Notes: generated by a model from the letters alone, not told the origin. Positions 39,073-49,061 are shown, counted from the stretch's first letter. The stretch is DNA of 61,659 nucleotides from a bacterium (GCA_021836725.1 JAKBHL010000014.1:1-61659); one strand, 5' to 3'. Numbers and translations: made by a program.

Positions 39073-41445
39073 ATGTCTTTACAACAGTCAGCCGTCGCCC
39101 CGCGTTCCCGCTCGCTCGAGACGCTTAGTACATGGTCTTTGAGTGCTACGCTTATCGCGGCGCTGTTCATCTTCATCCCGTCCGCATCGGTGCCGTTTAC
39201 GGCGACAAAGACTTTCATCCTTGCCGCGGGTGCGCTGGTGACGCTCGCGCTCTATATCCTCGCTCGTCTTTCGAAGGGCAACATCATCGTGCCGCCTTTT
39301 GCGCTCATTGGCGCGTTGTGGCTTCCTGTTGCCGCCTATGCGCTTTCAGCGGCATTTTCCGGCGTTCCCTTCATGAGCGCCCTTTGGGGGAGCATGCTCG
39401 AGCCGGATACGCTCGGCTTCATGCTCGTGGCGACCGTTCTCGCTACCTTGACGGCTTTTCTGCTGCGGCGTCCTGAACACTATCGTTCTTTTCTCTCCAC
39501 GAGCTTTTTCGTGTTCAGCATCATTGTCGTTCTTCAGATGCTTATTCTTATCGTTGGACAGTTCGCGCCGAATCTCATCGCTCCGTCATTTTCGATAGTC
39601 GGTTCTTTCGGCGATCTCGCATTCCTGCTCGGGCTTGGTGTCATCGCCATACTCATCACGCTCCGCTTCCTTGAGCTTTCCGCGCGGGCGCATCGGGCGC
39701 TTCTTGCGAGCGGCATCCTCGCGCTCGTCCTGCTCGCGGTTGCGAACTCCTCATTTGTCTGGACCCTGATCGCCCTCGTTTCGCTCGGCCTCTTCGTCGA
39801 GGCGGTGATGCATCGCGGTCCGGAAACCGCAGATACCGATCTTGACGAGACCGTCGTCATAAGCGAAATGCCGTCAGGCACCGATGCAGGGCATCGCCCG
39901 CTCGTTCTTCCTCTTACGGTACTCGCTATCTCGCTCTTTTTCCTCGTGGGAGGGACGCTCGGGAACGCTTTAGCGAACGCGCTCCATGTAAATCTGCTCT
40001 CCGTCCGTCCGTCTTTGCAGTCAACGCTCTCGGTCGGGCATAACGTGTACGCCTCGGCTCCAATCTTTGGCTCCGGTCCGGGTACCTTTGGCGTTGAGTG
40101 GCTCAAGTATCGTGACGCGGCACTCAACTCGACCGTCTTCTGGAACATTGATTTCTCTTCCGGCATCGGATTCATCCCAACCTCGTTCGTGACGACCGGT
40201 CTTATAGGAGCCTTTGCGTGGATCGCCTTTTTCGGGCTTCTTCTCGTATTGGGCCTGCGCATGCTTATTCTGCGGGCGCCGCAAGACGCCTTTACCCGTT
40301 ACGTCGCGATACTATCGTTTGTCGCGATGCTCTATCTCTTTGCCACCGCGGTATTCGGTCTGCCGAACACCATCATTCTCGTTCTCGCTTTCGTTTTCGC
40401 GGGCCTCTTCGTGTCGACGACGCGCTTCGCACTCCTCGGCGGACAGCGAGGAGTGTTGTTCGCGCGTAGTCCTCGCCTCGGTTTCATCATCGTCTTCTTC
40501 CTCACGCTTCTCTTGCTTTCATCGGTCGTTGCCGCGTATGCGCTCGTCGGACACTACATCGCCGCAACCGAGCTCACGAAAGCAGAGAATGCGTTTGCTG
40601 CAGGCAATCTGAATACGGCCGACCAAGCAGCGCAGAACTCCATTTCGTTCGCGCCGAGCGCGGCCGCTTATCAAATCGAAGCCGGCGTCGCCGCCGCGCG
40701 CCTCGGACAGATAGTGGCTTCTTCAACAATATCGAAAGCTGCCGCGCAACAAGAGTTCCAGGCATCGCTCTCCTCCGGCATCAATGCAGCCCTCACTGCG
40801 GCGAATCTCGCGCCTGCCGACTACCGAAATTGGCTCATGCTCGGAAATCTCTACGCACAAGCGGTACCCCTGAAGATTTCCGGCGCCTACGAGAGTGCGA
40901 AAACCGCCTACGGGAAAGCACAAGCCCTCAATCCGACGGATCCGCAGATACCGTACATCATCGCGCAGCTCAACATCGCAAACGGCGACACCGCCCTCGC
41001 CGAGACCGACTTGAAATCCGCCATTGCGCTGAAGCAGGATTATACAGCCGCGATTTTCCTCCTCTCGCAACTTGAGGTTCAGGACGGCAACGTGAAAGGC
41101 GCTCTCGCATCCGCGGAAGCCGCCGCCTACTTCACGCCGAACAATCCGAATATCCTCTTCCAAGTCGGTATCTTGAGCGCCGCCGAGGGCGATCTCGCCG
41201 GTGCCACCGCCGCGCTCTCGGGAGCGGTTGCCGCGAATCCTCAGTTTGCGAATGCGCGCTACTTCCTTGCGGCCGTGTATGCAAAACAGAACGATTACAA
41301 AAATGCGCTCGCACAGCTGCAGGCCATTGCGGATTTCTCGGCAAGCAATGCAAAAGCGGTTGCGCCGCAAATCACAGCACTGCAGAAGAACCAGAATCCG
41401 TTCCCTGCGAACCTTCTCTCGGCATCCTCGACACCGGTGAAGTAG
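39073..41445 (+). CDS. Multi-TM (O-antigen ligase-like) protein with C-terminal TPR repeats
   Basis: ~12 TM segments; GSGPGTF periplasmic-loop motif; TPR-like helices (AQALNPTDP, YFTPNNP). Confidence 0.8.
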   Translation: MSLQQSAVAPRSRSLETLSTWSLSATLIAALFIFIPSASVPFTATKTFILAAGALVTLALYILARLSKGNIIVPPFALIGALWLPVAAYALSAAFSGVPFMSALWGSMLEPDTLGFMLVATVLATLTAFLLRRPEHYRSFLSTSFFVFSIIVVLQMLILIVGQFAPNLIAPSFSIVGSFGDLAFLLGLGVIAILITLRFLELSARAHRALLASGILALVLLAVANSSFVWTLIALVSLGLFVEAVMHRGPETADTDLDETVVISEMPSGTDAGHRPLVLPLTVLAISLFFLVGGTLGNALANALHVNLLSVRPSLQSTLSVGHNVYASAPIFGSGPGTFGVEWLKYRDAALNSTVFWNIDFSSGIGFIPTSFVTTGLIGAFAWIAFFGLLLVLGLRMLILRAPQDAFTRYVAILSFVAMLYLFATAVFGLPNTIILVLAFVFAGLFVSTTRFALLGGQRGVLFARSPRLGFIIVFFLTLLLLSSVVAAYALVGHYIAATELTKAENAFAAGNLNTADQAAQNSISFAPSAAAYQIEAGVAAARLGQIVASSTISKAAAQQEFQASLSSGINAALTAANLAPADYRNWLMLGNLYAQAVPLKISGAYESAKTAYGKAQALNPTDPQIPYIIAQLNIANGDTALAETDLKSAIALKQDYTAAIFLLSQLEVQDGNVKGALASAEAAAYFTPNNPNILFQVGILSAAEGDLAGATAALSGAVAANPQFANARYFLAAVYAKQNDYKNALAQLQAIADFSASNAKAVAPQITALQKNQNPFPANLLSASSTPVK

Positions 41446-41467
41446 GCAGGGTGATACCATATAAGGG

Positions 41468-43150
41468 ATGGTTCGGAAGCTTCTCAATCGCATTGCGGCA
41501 CCAGTACGCGGCCTGCACCAGGCCGCGTATTTGCTCGCAGCGCTCACGTTCGCCTCGCAAGCCCTCGCGCTCCTGCGTGATCGCACCTTCGCGCACACAT
41601 TCGGAGCGGGGCCGGTGCTCGATCTCTACTACGCGGCATTCCGCGTTCCGGACCTCGTGTTCGCTCTCGTTTCCTCGCTCGTGAGCGCGTACGTCATCAT
41701 CCCGCGCATCACGGGGATGGACAGGGAGACGACGCGGAAGCTTCTCTCCGAGTCGGCATCATTTCTGCTCGGCGTCGGCGGCGCCATTTGCCTGGCGCTT
41801 GCGCTCTTTATGCCGCAATTGCTCGCGCTGTTGTATCCGGATCTCGCCATATCGGCACGCCAGGCGGAATTCGTACTGCTCGCGCGCATCCTGCTTCTGC
41901 AGCCCATACTGCTCGGACTTTCCGGCGTGCTCGCAAGCGTGACGCAGGTGCATCGGCGATTCTTCATCTTCGCGCTCTCGCCCGTGCTCTACAACCTCGG
42001 CATCATCTTCGGGATACTCTTCCTGTATCCGCGCTTCGGCCTCCCGGGAATCGGCGCAGGCGTCGTTATGGGGGCGCTCGCGTATCTCGTGGTGCATATT
42101 CCGGTCGTGATGCACGCGGGCGTGATGCCGCGCTTGCGGCCGCCGACTCTTGCGCGCATAGTGCCCGTCGTGCGTGATTCCGTGCCGCGTTCGCTCGCGC
42201 TTGGCATGGGCTCGATCACCGCGCTCGTGCTTACCGCGCTCGCTTCGCGGCTCGGCACGGGTGCCGTATCCGTCTTCACGCTCGCCGGCAATCTCGAAGC
42301 GGTCCCGCTCGCGCTCATCGGCGGTTCATACGCCGTAGCGGCATTCCCGGCGCTCTCGGAGGCGTCGGCGCTTGAGCGCCGCACCGAGTTTACCGGTATC
42401 CTCTCGGCAAGCGCACGGCACATCATCCTCTGGTCGATCGTATTCCTTGGGCTCATCATCGTCCTGCGCGCGCATATCGTGCGGGTAATCCTCGGCACCG
42501 GTGCGTTCAATTGGGGCGCGACGCGTCTCACTGCGGCGCTCCTGGCGATCCTTGCCGTGGGGTTGGTCGCGCAGGGGCTCGTCCTCCTTTTCTCGCGTGC
42601 GCTCTACGCGGTGCGGCAATCGTGGCGGCCGCTCTTCTATCAGCTTGCCGGCGGCGCGTTCACCGCATTTCTCGCGGTCGGATTTCTTCTCTTGCCCAAA
42701 ACGGGATTGCCTTCCATGCTCGCTACCTTCTTGCGCGTCGGTAATGTGCCCGGGACCGATATCCTTCTCCTCGCCCTTGCAGCGACGCTCGGCCAGATAT
42801 TTCTTGCCATCCTCTCGCTCTATGCGCTCCATAGCGTCGCTCCGGGGCTCTCGCGGACGCTGCTGCGCCCGCTTCGAGACGGCCTTGCCGCGGCTCTCCT
42901 TGGCGGTATCGCCGCCCACGCCGTCCTTATGATTGAAGGCGGTATCGCGCCTTTGACCACGCTCGCGTCCGTCTTAACACAGGGATTTGTTGCTGGTATG
43001 GTAGGTCTTGCCATCGCGGCGCTCACGCTCCTGGTCGTGAAAAACGAGGAATTCAGCGTTATGGTAAGCGCGTTCAACAGACTCATGCGCTCAAGGAGTG
43101 GGCGCGTCGCCGTCTTGGCGCCCTCCGCCGACGAACCGGCACAACCGTGA
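41468..43150 (+). CDS. murJ: Lipid II flippase MurJ/MviN
   Basis: LLRDRTFAHTFGAG...YYAAFRVPD; FFIFALSPVLYNLGII. Confidence 0.88.
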   Translation: MVRKLLNRIAAPVRGLHQAAYLLAALTFASQALALLRDRTFAHTFGAGPVLDLYYAAFRVPDLVFALVSSLVSAYVIIPRITGMDRETTRKLLSESASFLLGVGGAICLALALFMPQLLALLYPDLAISARQAEFVLLARILLLQPILLGLSGVLASVTQVHRRFFIFALSPVLYNLGIIFGILFLYPRFGLPGIGAGVVMGALAYLVVHIPVVMHAGVMPRLRPPTLARIVPVVRDSVPRSLALGMGSITALVLTALASRLGTGAVSVFTLAGNLEAVPLALIGGSYAVAAFPALSEASALERRTEFTGILSASARHIILWSIVFLGLIIVLRAHIVRVILGTGAFNWGATRLTAALLAILAVGLVAQGLVLLFSRALYAVRQSWRPLFYQLAGGAFTAFLAVGFLLLPKTGLPSMLATFLRVGNVPGTDILLLALAATLGQIFLAILSLYALHSVAPGLSRTLLRPLRDGLAAALLGGIAAHAVLMIEGGIAPLTTLASVLTQGFVAGMVGLAIAALTLLVVKNEEFSVMVSAFNRLMRSRSGRVAVLAPSADEPAQP

Positions 43151-44964
43151 ATCCGGAACATATCCGTAATTTTTCCATCATTGCGCACGTCGACCACGGG
43201 AAGTCGACGCTTGCCGATCGGCTCCTCGAGCGCACCGGAACCATTCCGGAGCGTTTGATGCGCGATCAAGTGCTCGATCGCATGGATCTCGAGCGGGAAC
43301 GCGGCATTACCATAAAGATGCAGCCGGTGCGCATGCTCTATCGCGCCCGAGAGGGATCAGCGGAATATGTTCTGAACCTCATTGACACTCCGGGCCACAT
43401 CGATTTTTCCTATGAAGTTTCCCGGGCGTTGAAAGCGGTCGAAGGGGTGCTCCTCCTTGTTGATTCGACGCAAGGCGTGCAGGCGCAGACGCTGACGACG
43501 CTTGCGGCGGCGCAGGCGCAGAAATGCGCCATCATTCCGGTTGTCTCAAAAATCGATTCCCCATCCGCACGCGTCGAGGAAGTCATGCGCGAGCTGGCGC
43601 ATCTTCTCCATGTATCGAAAGACGAAGTCTGCGCCGTGTCGGGGAAGACGGGCGCGGGCGTTGACGAGCTCCTTGAAGCAATCGTGAGCCGCATACCGGC
43701 ACCCCACAGTTTCGCGCCCGGTTCCGGCACGGAACCGCGGGGCCTTATCTTCGATTTTTCCTATTCGACGCATCGCGGCGTCACGGTATTCCTACGTGTC
43801 TTTGACGGCGTCTTCAGGAAAGGCCAGCCGCTTGCATTTCGCGCTGCGGGGAAAAATTTCACTGCGCTTGAAACAGGCATCTTTGCGCCTGAAGAAACCC
43901 CCACCGATTCGCTTTCGGAGGGAGAAATCGGTTATGTCGTGACGGGCATCAAAGAACCGGGCATCGTCGCGGTGGGCGATACGATCGGAGCCGTGAGAGG
44001 GAACTTGCCCGCCTTGCCCGGCTACGAACGTCCGCGCCCGGTCGTCTGGGCTTCAATCTATCCGGAGAGCCAGGATGACCTGCCGCTCCTGCGGCAGTCG
44101 CTCCTGCGCCTGCGCCTTTCCGATTCCTCGCTTTCTTTCGAGGAGGAATCTTCCGGCGTGCTGGGAAGGGGATTCCGGTGCGGCTTCCTCGGACTCTTGC
44201 ACCTCGAGATAATCACCGAACGCCTGAAGCGCGAATTCGCTCTTTCACTCATCGTTACCATCCCGACTATTTCGTATACGGTCACCACGACGAGCGGCGT
44301 GCGCGAGACTATCTATACGCCCGCGAAATTTCCCGAGCATGGCACTATCGCGAAAATCGAGGAGCCGTGGGCGAAAGTCATCATCATCACGCCGCCCTAT
44401 GCGCTCAGCGCGCTCATCCAGGTGCTGTACGAGCACGAGGCGCGGACATTGGCAACCGAGACCCATGAGGATGGACGCATCGAAATGATGGTAGAGATGC
44501 CGCTTCGAGAACTCATGCGCGGTTTTTTCGATACGTTAAAAAATATTTCCTCGGGCTACGCATCGCTCTCGTACGAACTCATGAGCGAACGGCCGGCGGA
44601 CGTCGTGCGGCTCGATGTGCTCGTCGCCGAGGAACCAGTGCCGGCATTTGCGCGCGTGGTCGCGCGCCGCAGAGTCCAGGAAGAGGCCGAGAAGATGGTG
44701 GAACGGCTCTACGCTATCCTGCCGAAACAGCTTTTTGTGACCAAAATCCAGGCAAGAGCGCAGGGGCGCATCATAGCGTCCAGGACGCTCTCGGCGATGC
44801 GAAAAGATGTCACTGGCTACCTCTACGGCGGGGACGTATCGCGTAAAAACAAGCTTCTCGACAAGCAGAAACGCGGGAAAAAGAAAATGCTCGAACGCGG
44901 CAAGGGCAAGGTAAACATTCCCGAGGCAGTCTTCATGAAGATGGTGCAAGAGAGCGATCGCTAG
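43147..44964 (+). CDS. lepA: Elongation factor 4
   Basis: [22 protein letters not shown]; GFRCGFLGLLHLEI; RKDVTGYLYGGD. Confidence 0.96.
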   Translation: MNPEHIRNFSIIAHVDHGKSTLADRLLERTGTIPERLMRDQVLDRMDLERERGITIKMQPVRMLYRAREGSAEYVLNLIDTPGHIDFSYEVSRALKAVEGVLLLVDSTQGVQAQTLTTLAAAQAQKCAIIPVVSKIDSPSARVEEVMRELAHLLHVSKDEVCAVSGKTGAGVDELLEAIVSRIPAPHSFAPGSGTEPRGLIFDFSYSTHRGVTVFLRVFDGVFRKGQPLAFRAAGKNFTALETGIFAPEETPTDSLSEGEIGYVVTGIKEPGIVAVGDTIGAVRGNLPALPGYERPRPVVWASIYPESQDDLPLLRQSLLRLRLSDSSLSFEEESSGVLGRGFRCGFLGLLHLEIITERLKREFALSLIVTIPTISYTVTTTSGVRETIYTPAKFPEHGTIAKIEEPWAKVIIITPPYALSALIQVLYEHEARTLATETHEDGRIEMMVEMPLRELMRGFFDTLKNISSGYASLSYELMSERPADVVRLDVLVAEEPVPAFARVVARRRVQEEAEKMVERLYAILPKQLFVTKIQARAQGRIIASRTLSAMRKDVTGYLYGGDVSRKNKLLDKQKRGKKKMLERGKGKVNIPEAVFMKMVQESDR

Positions 44965-45004
44965 CAGTTATCGCCCTTCTGCCCGCTGCGTTATACTGGG
45001 GCCT

Positions 45005-45340
45005 ATGCGCGCAAGACAGATGCGGCAAGGAATTATCATAGGCGTGCTTTTGCTTGTTATTTTCTGGCTCCTGTCGAGTATTTGGGGGCTCGTCGGGAAA
45101 GCGCAAATCGCGGTGTCTCAGGCGCACGACGTGCAGTGGCAGTATCAGGCGCTCGAAAAGCGCAAAGCGACGCTCGAAGCGAATCTCGCTACGCTTAAAA
45201 CGGCTCATGGACAGGACGCGGCCATCCGAACCGCTTTCGGGGTTGCGCGGCCCGGGGAAGAGGTTATCGTGGTGGTGACGCCCACCACGACGCCCACAGC
45301 GACGCCGACATGGTGGCAGCGTTTCTGGAGCTGGTTCTGA
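45005..45340 (+). CDS. Septum formation initiator (FtsB/DivIC-like)
   Basis: TM segment, coiled coil, FGVARPGEEVIVV. Confidence 0.7.
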   Translation: MRARQMRQGIIIGVLLLVIFWLLSSIWGLVGKAQIAVSQAHDVQWQYQALEKRKATLEANLATLKTAHGQDAAIRTAFGVARPGEEVIVVVTPTTTPTATPTWWQRFWSWF

Positions 45341-45350
45341 AGAAAAGGAA

Positions 45351-45421
45351 GCGGGTATGGTTTAGTGGCAGAATGCGACCTTCCCAAGGTTGAGACCCGG
45401 GTTCGATTCCCGGTACCCGCA
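45351..45421 (+). tRNA. tRNA-Gly(CCC)
   Basis: GCGGGTA...TACCCGC-A; CGACC-TTCCCAA-GGTTG. Confidence 0.93.
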
Positions 45422-45457
45422 CAGGATAACGCTTATGCAAAGGGCATCATGCTGCTC

Positions 45458-45599
45458 TAGAACCCATCTCAACCCCCCCTCGGGTATGCGACAGAAAGGA
45501 GTACGCCGTCTTTTGTGCTCAAAAAGCGGCTCGTACTCGCGTCGTCACGCTCCGTAAGCCTCTTTCTGCCGCATACCTCTTGCGGGGAGATGGATTCTA
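45458..45599 (+). repeat. Foldback MITE/REPIN-like element, copy 3
   Basis: TAGAACCCATCTC...GAGATGGATTCTA ends; conserved core. Confidence 0.87.
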
Positions 45600-45654
45600 T
45601 TCATCCACTCCTCCATGTGGCACGGAAAGACTTCATGACTTCTTCATACAATTG

Positions 45655-46338
45655 ATGTACCGTATCCGGGTGAAAATCCTTGTCGTCGAAGATAATCAGA
45701 AGCTTGCCAAGAGCCTCAAACGGGGGCTTGAGCAGGAGGGCTATGCGGTTGACTGCGTATACGACGGCAGGGAAGCCGAGCGGAGGATCAGCGTCAATCG
45801 ACAGGAGTACGACCTCGTGCTGCTTGACGTCATGCTTCCCGGGAAAGATGGCATTGCCGTATGCCGTGCGTGGCGCGCGGAGGGGATTCACCTGCCCGTG
45901 CTCATGCTCACCGCGCGCGGCATGACCGAAGAAACCGTGGAAGGATTGAACGCCGGCGCCGATGACTATCTTGCCAAACCGTTCGCATTCGATGAACTCA
46001 TCGCGCGCATCCGCGCGCTTTTGCGCCGCGAACCGGCCCGGCAGCTCTCCACTCTATGCGTCGGGGACCTGACTCTGGATATCCAAGGGCACAAGGTCCT
46101 GCTTGGCGGCCAGCCGCTTGTCCTCACGTTGAAAGAGTTCATGGTGCTCGAGTACCTCATGCGGCATGAGGGCGAAGCGGTAACCCGTGATACGCTCTAT
46201 GCGCATGCGTGGGATTTTGCCGATTCATCCTTTAGCAATACGGTCGACGTGCATATAAAAAACCTACGCGGGAAATTACATGACGCACATACCGGTATCA
46301 AAACGATTCGCGGCATTGGCTACACGCTCGAAGCGTGA
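45655..46338 (+). CDS. OmpR-family response regulator
   Basis: KILVVEDN, LLDVMLPGKDG, GADDYLAKPF, winged helix; CTTCAT direct repeats with 11-bp period at 45631-45647. Confidence 0.93.
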   Translation: MYRIRVKILVVEDNQKLAKSLKRGLEQEGYAVDCVYDGREAERRISVNRQEYDLVLLDVMLPGKDGIAVCRAWRAEGIHLPVLMLTARGMTEETVEGLNAGADDYLAKPFAFDELIARIRALLRREPARQLSTLCVGDLTLDIQGHKVLLGGQPLVLTLKEFMVLEYLMRHEGEAVTRDTLYAHAWDFADSSFSNTVDVHIKNLRGKLHDAHTGIKTIRGIGYTLEA

Positions 46339-47305
46339 CGAGTTCTTCTTTGCGCGCCTTGCGCTCACGGGCATCTATGCGGCGGTGGTCAGCGCCATTC
46401 TCGGCCTGTTCAGCTATCTGCTCTACGGAGTGCTCATGAACAGCATTGCGAATTCCCTTGAAGGGAACTTCGCTACGGATGCCGCTCAGCAAGCCGCACT
46501 GAAACCAGTCGCAGACGTGCTCAAAACACAACTATTGACCCTCGACGGTATCGTGCTGCTTGTCGTCGTGATCGCGGTATTTTTCCTCACGAGTCTCACG
46601 CTTCGCCCCCTCAGAGAGTCGCGCGCCCGCGAGCGCCGTTTCCTTGCGGATGCCGCGCATGAATTGCGCACGCCGCTCACCATCATGAAGACCGATAGCG
46701 AAGTGTTATTGCGGGGCCGTTCCGTAACGATTGACGATACGAAAGAACTTCTGAAAAAGAATATCGACGAAATAGACGCGCTTACCCGCATCGCAAACGG
46801 ATTGCTTGATATCGTGCATATCAAGAATAGCAAAAATCCCGATTCGCCCGTTGCGCTCGCCACAGTGCTTACCGCAGTCGTGCACAAGCTTACGCCGCTC
46901 GCGCGCGCTCGCGACGTTTCACTCACGTCTTCTTTTGAAGCGGGCAGCGAAAAGGAACAGGTCCGCGGCGCGAGAGAAGCGCTGGAGCGGGCATTCGCCA
47001 ACAGCATCGAGAACGCCATCAAATATACGGAATCAGGGGGGACAGTCTCAATAACGCTCGGAAAAAAAGGAGCCCTGCTCGAGATCGGCATTACGGACAC
47101 CGGTTGCGGCATCGCTCCTGAAGATCTCCCGTTTGTCACCGAACCTTTTTATCGCGCTGACAGCGCGAGAGCTCTCGTAAGCGGTTCCGGTCTCGGCCTC
47201 GCCATCGTGAAAGAGACGATAGAAATGCACGGCGGGAAGCTGCATATCGAGAGCGCACTTGGGAAGGGGACAACCGTTCGCGTCCTGCTCCCGCGCGCTT
47301 CTTAA
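46280..47305 (+). CDS. Sensor histidine kinase
   Basis: Two TM segments with a short loop; AAHELRTPL; NAIKYT; DTGCGI; GSGLGLAI. Confidence 0.93.
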   Translation: MTHIPVSKRFAALATRSKRDEFFFARLALTGIYAAVVSAILGLFSYLLYGVLMNSIANSLEGNFATDAAQQAALKPVADVLKTQLLTLDGIVLLVVVIAVFFLTSLTLRPLRESRARERRFLADAAHELRTPLTIMKTDSEVLLRGRSVTIDDTKELLKKNIDEIDALTRIANGLLDIVHIKNSKNPDSPVALATVLTAVVHKLTPLARARDVSLTSSFEAGSEKEQVRGAREALERAFANSIENAIKYTESGGTVSITLGKKGALLEIGITDTGCGIAPEDLPFVTEPFYRADSARALVSGSGLGLAIVKETIEMHGGKLHIESALGKGTTVRVLLPRAS

Positions 47306-47430
47306 CCGTCATTTCATGCGCGGCAGGTATGCTCCGCCCATCTCGCGCACAGACAAGTCACAGAACCTATTTGCTCACGCAAAGCAGTGACACTCGCGAG
47401 GCACATTATTCATTCATAACAAATAAATAT

Positions 47431-47763
47431 ATGAATATCTCCAAGAAGGCCCTTGCCCTGTTCACCGGGGGTGCGGTCGCTCTCGGCGGCGTCGCCTCCA
47501 TCGGGGCGCAGGCATTTGCGCAGACGCCGGCAGCCCCGATTGTAAGCGCTCCGGCTGAAATAACCGGTGCTGAGACGAGCGCGCTCGAGGCCCCGGGCGG
47601 CCCCGACGTCCAAACCGGACATCAGGACGCGGCGGGAACGGGATCCGATGCGACTGAAGTGAAAGGTGTCGAGACGAAGGGTGCTCCGGAGGCTCCGGGC
47701 GCACCGGATATCCAGAGCGGACATCAGGACGCGGCAGGGACGGATTCGACTTCGGGGCACTAA
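47431..47763 (+). CDS. Small secreted protein with two 34-aa-period repeats
   Basis: Signal peptide ending AQAFA; EAPGGPDVQTGHQDAAGT / EAPGAPDIQSGHQDAAGT. Confidence 0.75.
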   Translation: MNISKKALALFTGGAVALGGVASIGAQAFAQTPAAPIVSAPAEITGAETSALEAPGGPDVQTGHQDAAGTGSDATEVKGVETKGAPEAPGAPDIQSGHQDAAGTDSTSGH

Positions 47764-47854
47764 ATCTCTCTTCGTTCGCGTTGAGGGAAAGGGAAACGGG
47801 TCTGCAAAGCGAGAACCGCCACTTGCGTGGCGGTTCTCGCTATAGTTCACGATT

Positions 47855-48061
47855 TGAACCCACCTCAAACCCCCGCGAGGGATATGCGACAGAAAGGAGT
47901 ACGCTGTCTTTTTCTGCTCTAAAAGTGGCTCGTACTCGCGTCGTTACCACAGAGAGTACTTCCAAGTTTCTAATTCGCTCCGCTCATAAGAAACTTTTGG
48001 TCGCGCAGCTCCGTAAGCCTCTTTCTGCCGCATATCCCTCGCGGGGGAGCAGAAGGTTTTG
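47855..48061 (+). repeat. Foldback MITE/REPIN-like element, copy 4 (with hairpin insert)
   Basis: Conserved core plus a ~55-60 nt insert containing an AAGTTTCT/AGAAACTT stem. Confidence 0.85.
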
Positions 48062-48092
48062 CATTGGTCCTAAGACGAGGAGCTGATATTTC

Positions 48093-48101
48093 TGTGGATA
48101 A
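48093..48101 (-). promoter_or_regulatory. Perfect DnaA box upstream of the glutaredoxin gene
   Basis: TGTGGATAA, the reverse complement of TTATCCACA. Confidence 0.45.
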
Positions 48102-48144
48102 CTTTGCATGGTATACTTTCCCCCATAACGAAATAAAAATAAAT

Positions 48145-48387
48145 ATGGATAAAACCGTCACCATTTACAGCACGCCAACTTGTCATTTTTGCCAGATGAC
48201 CAAGGACTTTCTAAAGGAAAAGAGCATCAGCTACACCGATTTCGACGTCGCGCACGATCTCGGCAAGCGCCAGGAAATGATCCAGAAGTCCGGCCAAATG
48301 GGCGTACCGGTCATTTTCATCGGTGACGAGATGATCATCGGTTTCGATAAGGAGCGGATCGCTTCGACGCTCGGCGTTTCAGCGTAG
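48145..48387 (+). CDS. Glutaredoxin / NrdH-like redoxin
   Basis: YSTPTCHFC; SGQMGVPVI; GFD. Confidence 0.9.
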   Translation: MDKTVTIYSTPTCHFCQMTKDFLKEKSISYTDFDVAHDLGKRQEMIQKSGQMGVPVIFIGDEMIIGFDKERIASTLGVSA

Positions 48388-48536
48388 CGCGCAAACCGGA
48401 AAACGCGCGCGGCTCCGCCGCGCGCGTTTTGTGTTACGCTCATTCCATCGCCGCTGTAAACGTTTCTTGCACGCTTTCAGCCGGCTCGTTCGGCGCAAAA
48501 GAATGTTAGATTACTAACGTTCTTTTGACCTCACTC

Positions 48537-48611
48537 GCCGCTGTAGTTCAACGGATAGAACGAGGGATTCCTAATCCCTAGATGCAGGTCCGACTCCTGC
48601 CGGTGGCACCA
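48537..48611 (+). tRNA. tRNA-Arg(CCU), CCA encoded
   Basis: AGGGA-TTCCTAA-TCCCT; T-arm GCAGG-TCCGACT-CCTGC. Confidence 0.88.
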
Positions 48612-48690
48612 TAAGAGCACTTCAGAAAACATAGTCGTGAAGGCACTCCTTGTTTTCTTGGTCGCACCAGACTTGCTATACTGAAGCGGT

Positions 48691-48987
48691 ATGGATCCGG
48701 AGCTGAAACGGCTGCTTGAAGAGACGCGCGCGCTCGCCAGAGAGAACCACCGCATGCTTCGCGCCATCCGGCGCGATCAGTGGTTCGGTTTTGCAGGGAA
48801 GGTCATCGTCTGGATCATCGTACTCCTCCTGCCGCTCTACCTGTATCAGCAGTATCTGCAGCCGATTGTAAACAAATTTTCTGCCACACCCGGCGCAACC
48901 GCCACCTCCGGGCTTTTTGGCCTCCCGACTACCGCGGAGCTCCAAAAGCTGATAAACTCATTCAAAGCAGGGCCGCCGGCCCTCTAA
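48691..48987 (+). CDS. Small single-TM hypothetical protein
   Basis: Coiled-coil N-terminus plus TM segment; TATACT just upstream. Confidence 0.7.
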   Translation: MDPELKRLLEETRALARENHRMLRAIRRDQWFGFAGKVIVWIIVLLLPLYLYQQYLQPIVNKFSATPGATATSGLFGLPTTAELQKLINSFKAGPPAL

Positions 48988-48988
48988 C

Positions 48989-49061
48989 GCTTGGATAGCT
49001 CAGTTGGTAGAGCATCGCCCTGAAGAGGCGGGGGTCGTCGGTTCGAGCCCGACTCCAAGCA
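48989..49061 (+). tRNA. tRNA-Phe(GAA)
   Basis: GCTTGGA...TCCAAGC-A; TCGCC-CTGAAGA-GGCGG. Confidence 0.92.

Noticed and set aside
48587-48593. TCCGACT T-loop in tRNA-Arg(CCU) as a sign of a pseudogene
   Set aside because: All stems pair and CCA is encoded; a single loop variant is not sufficient
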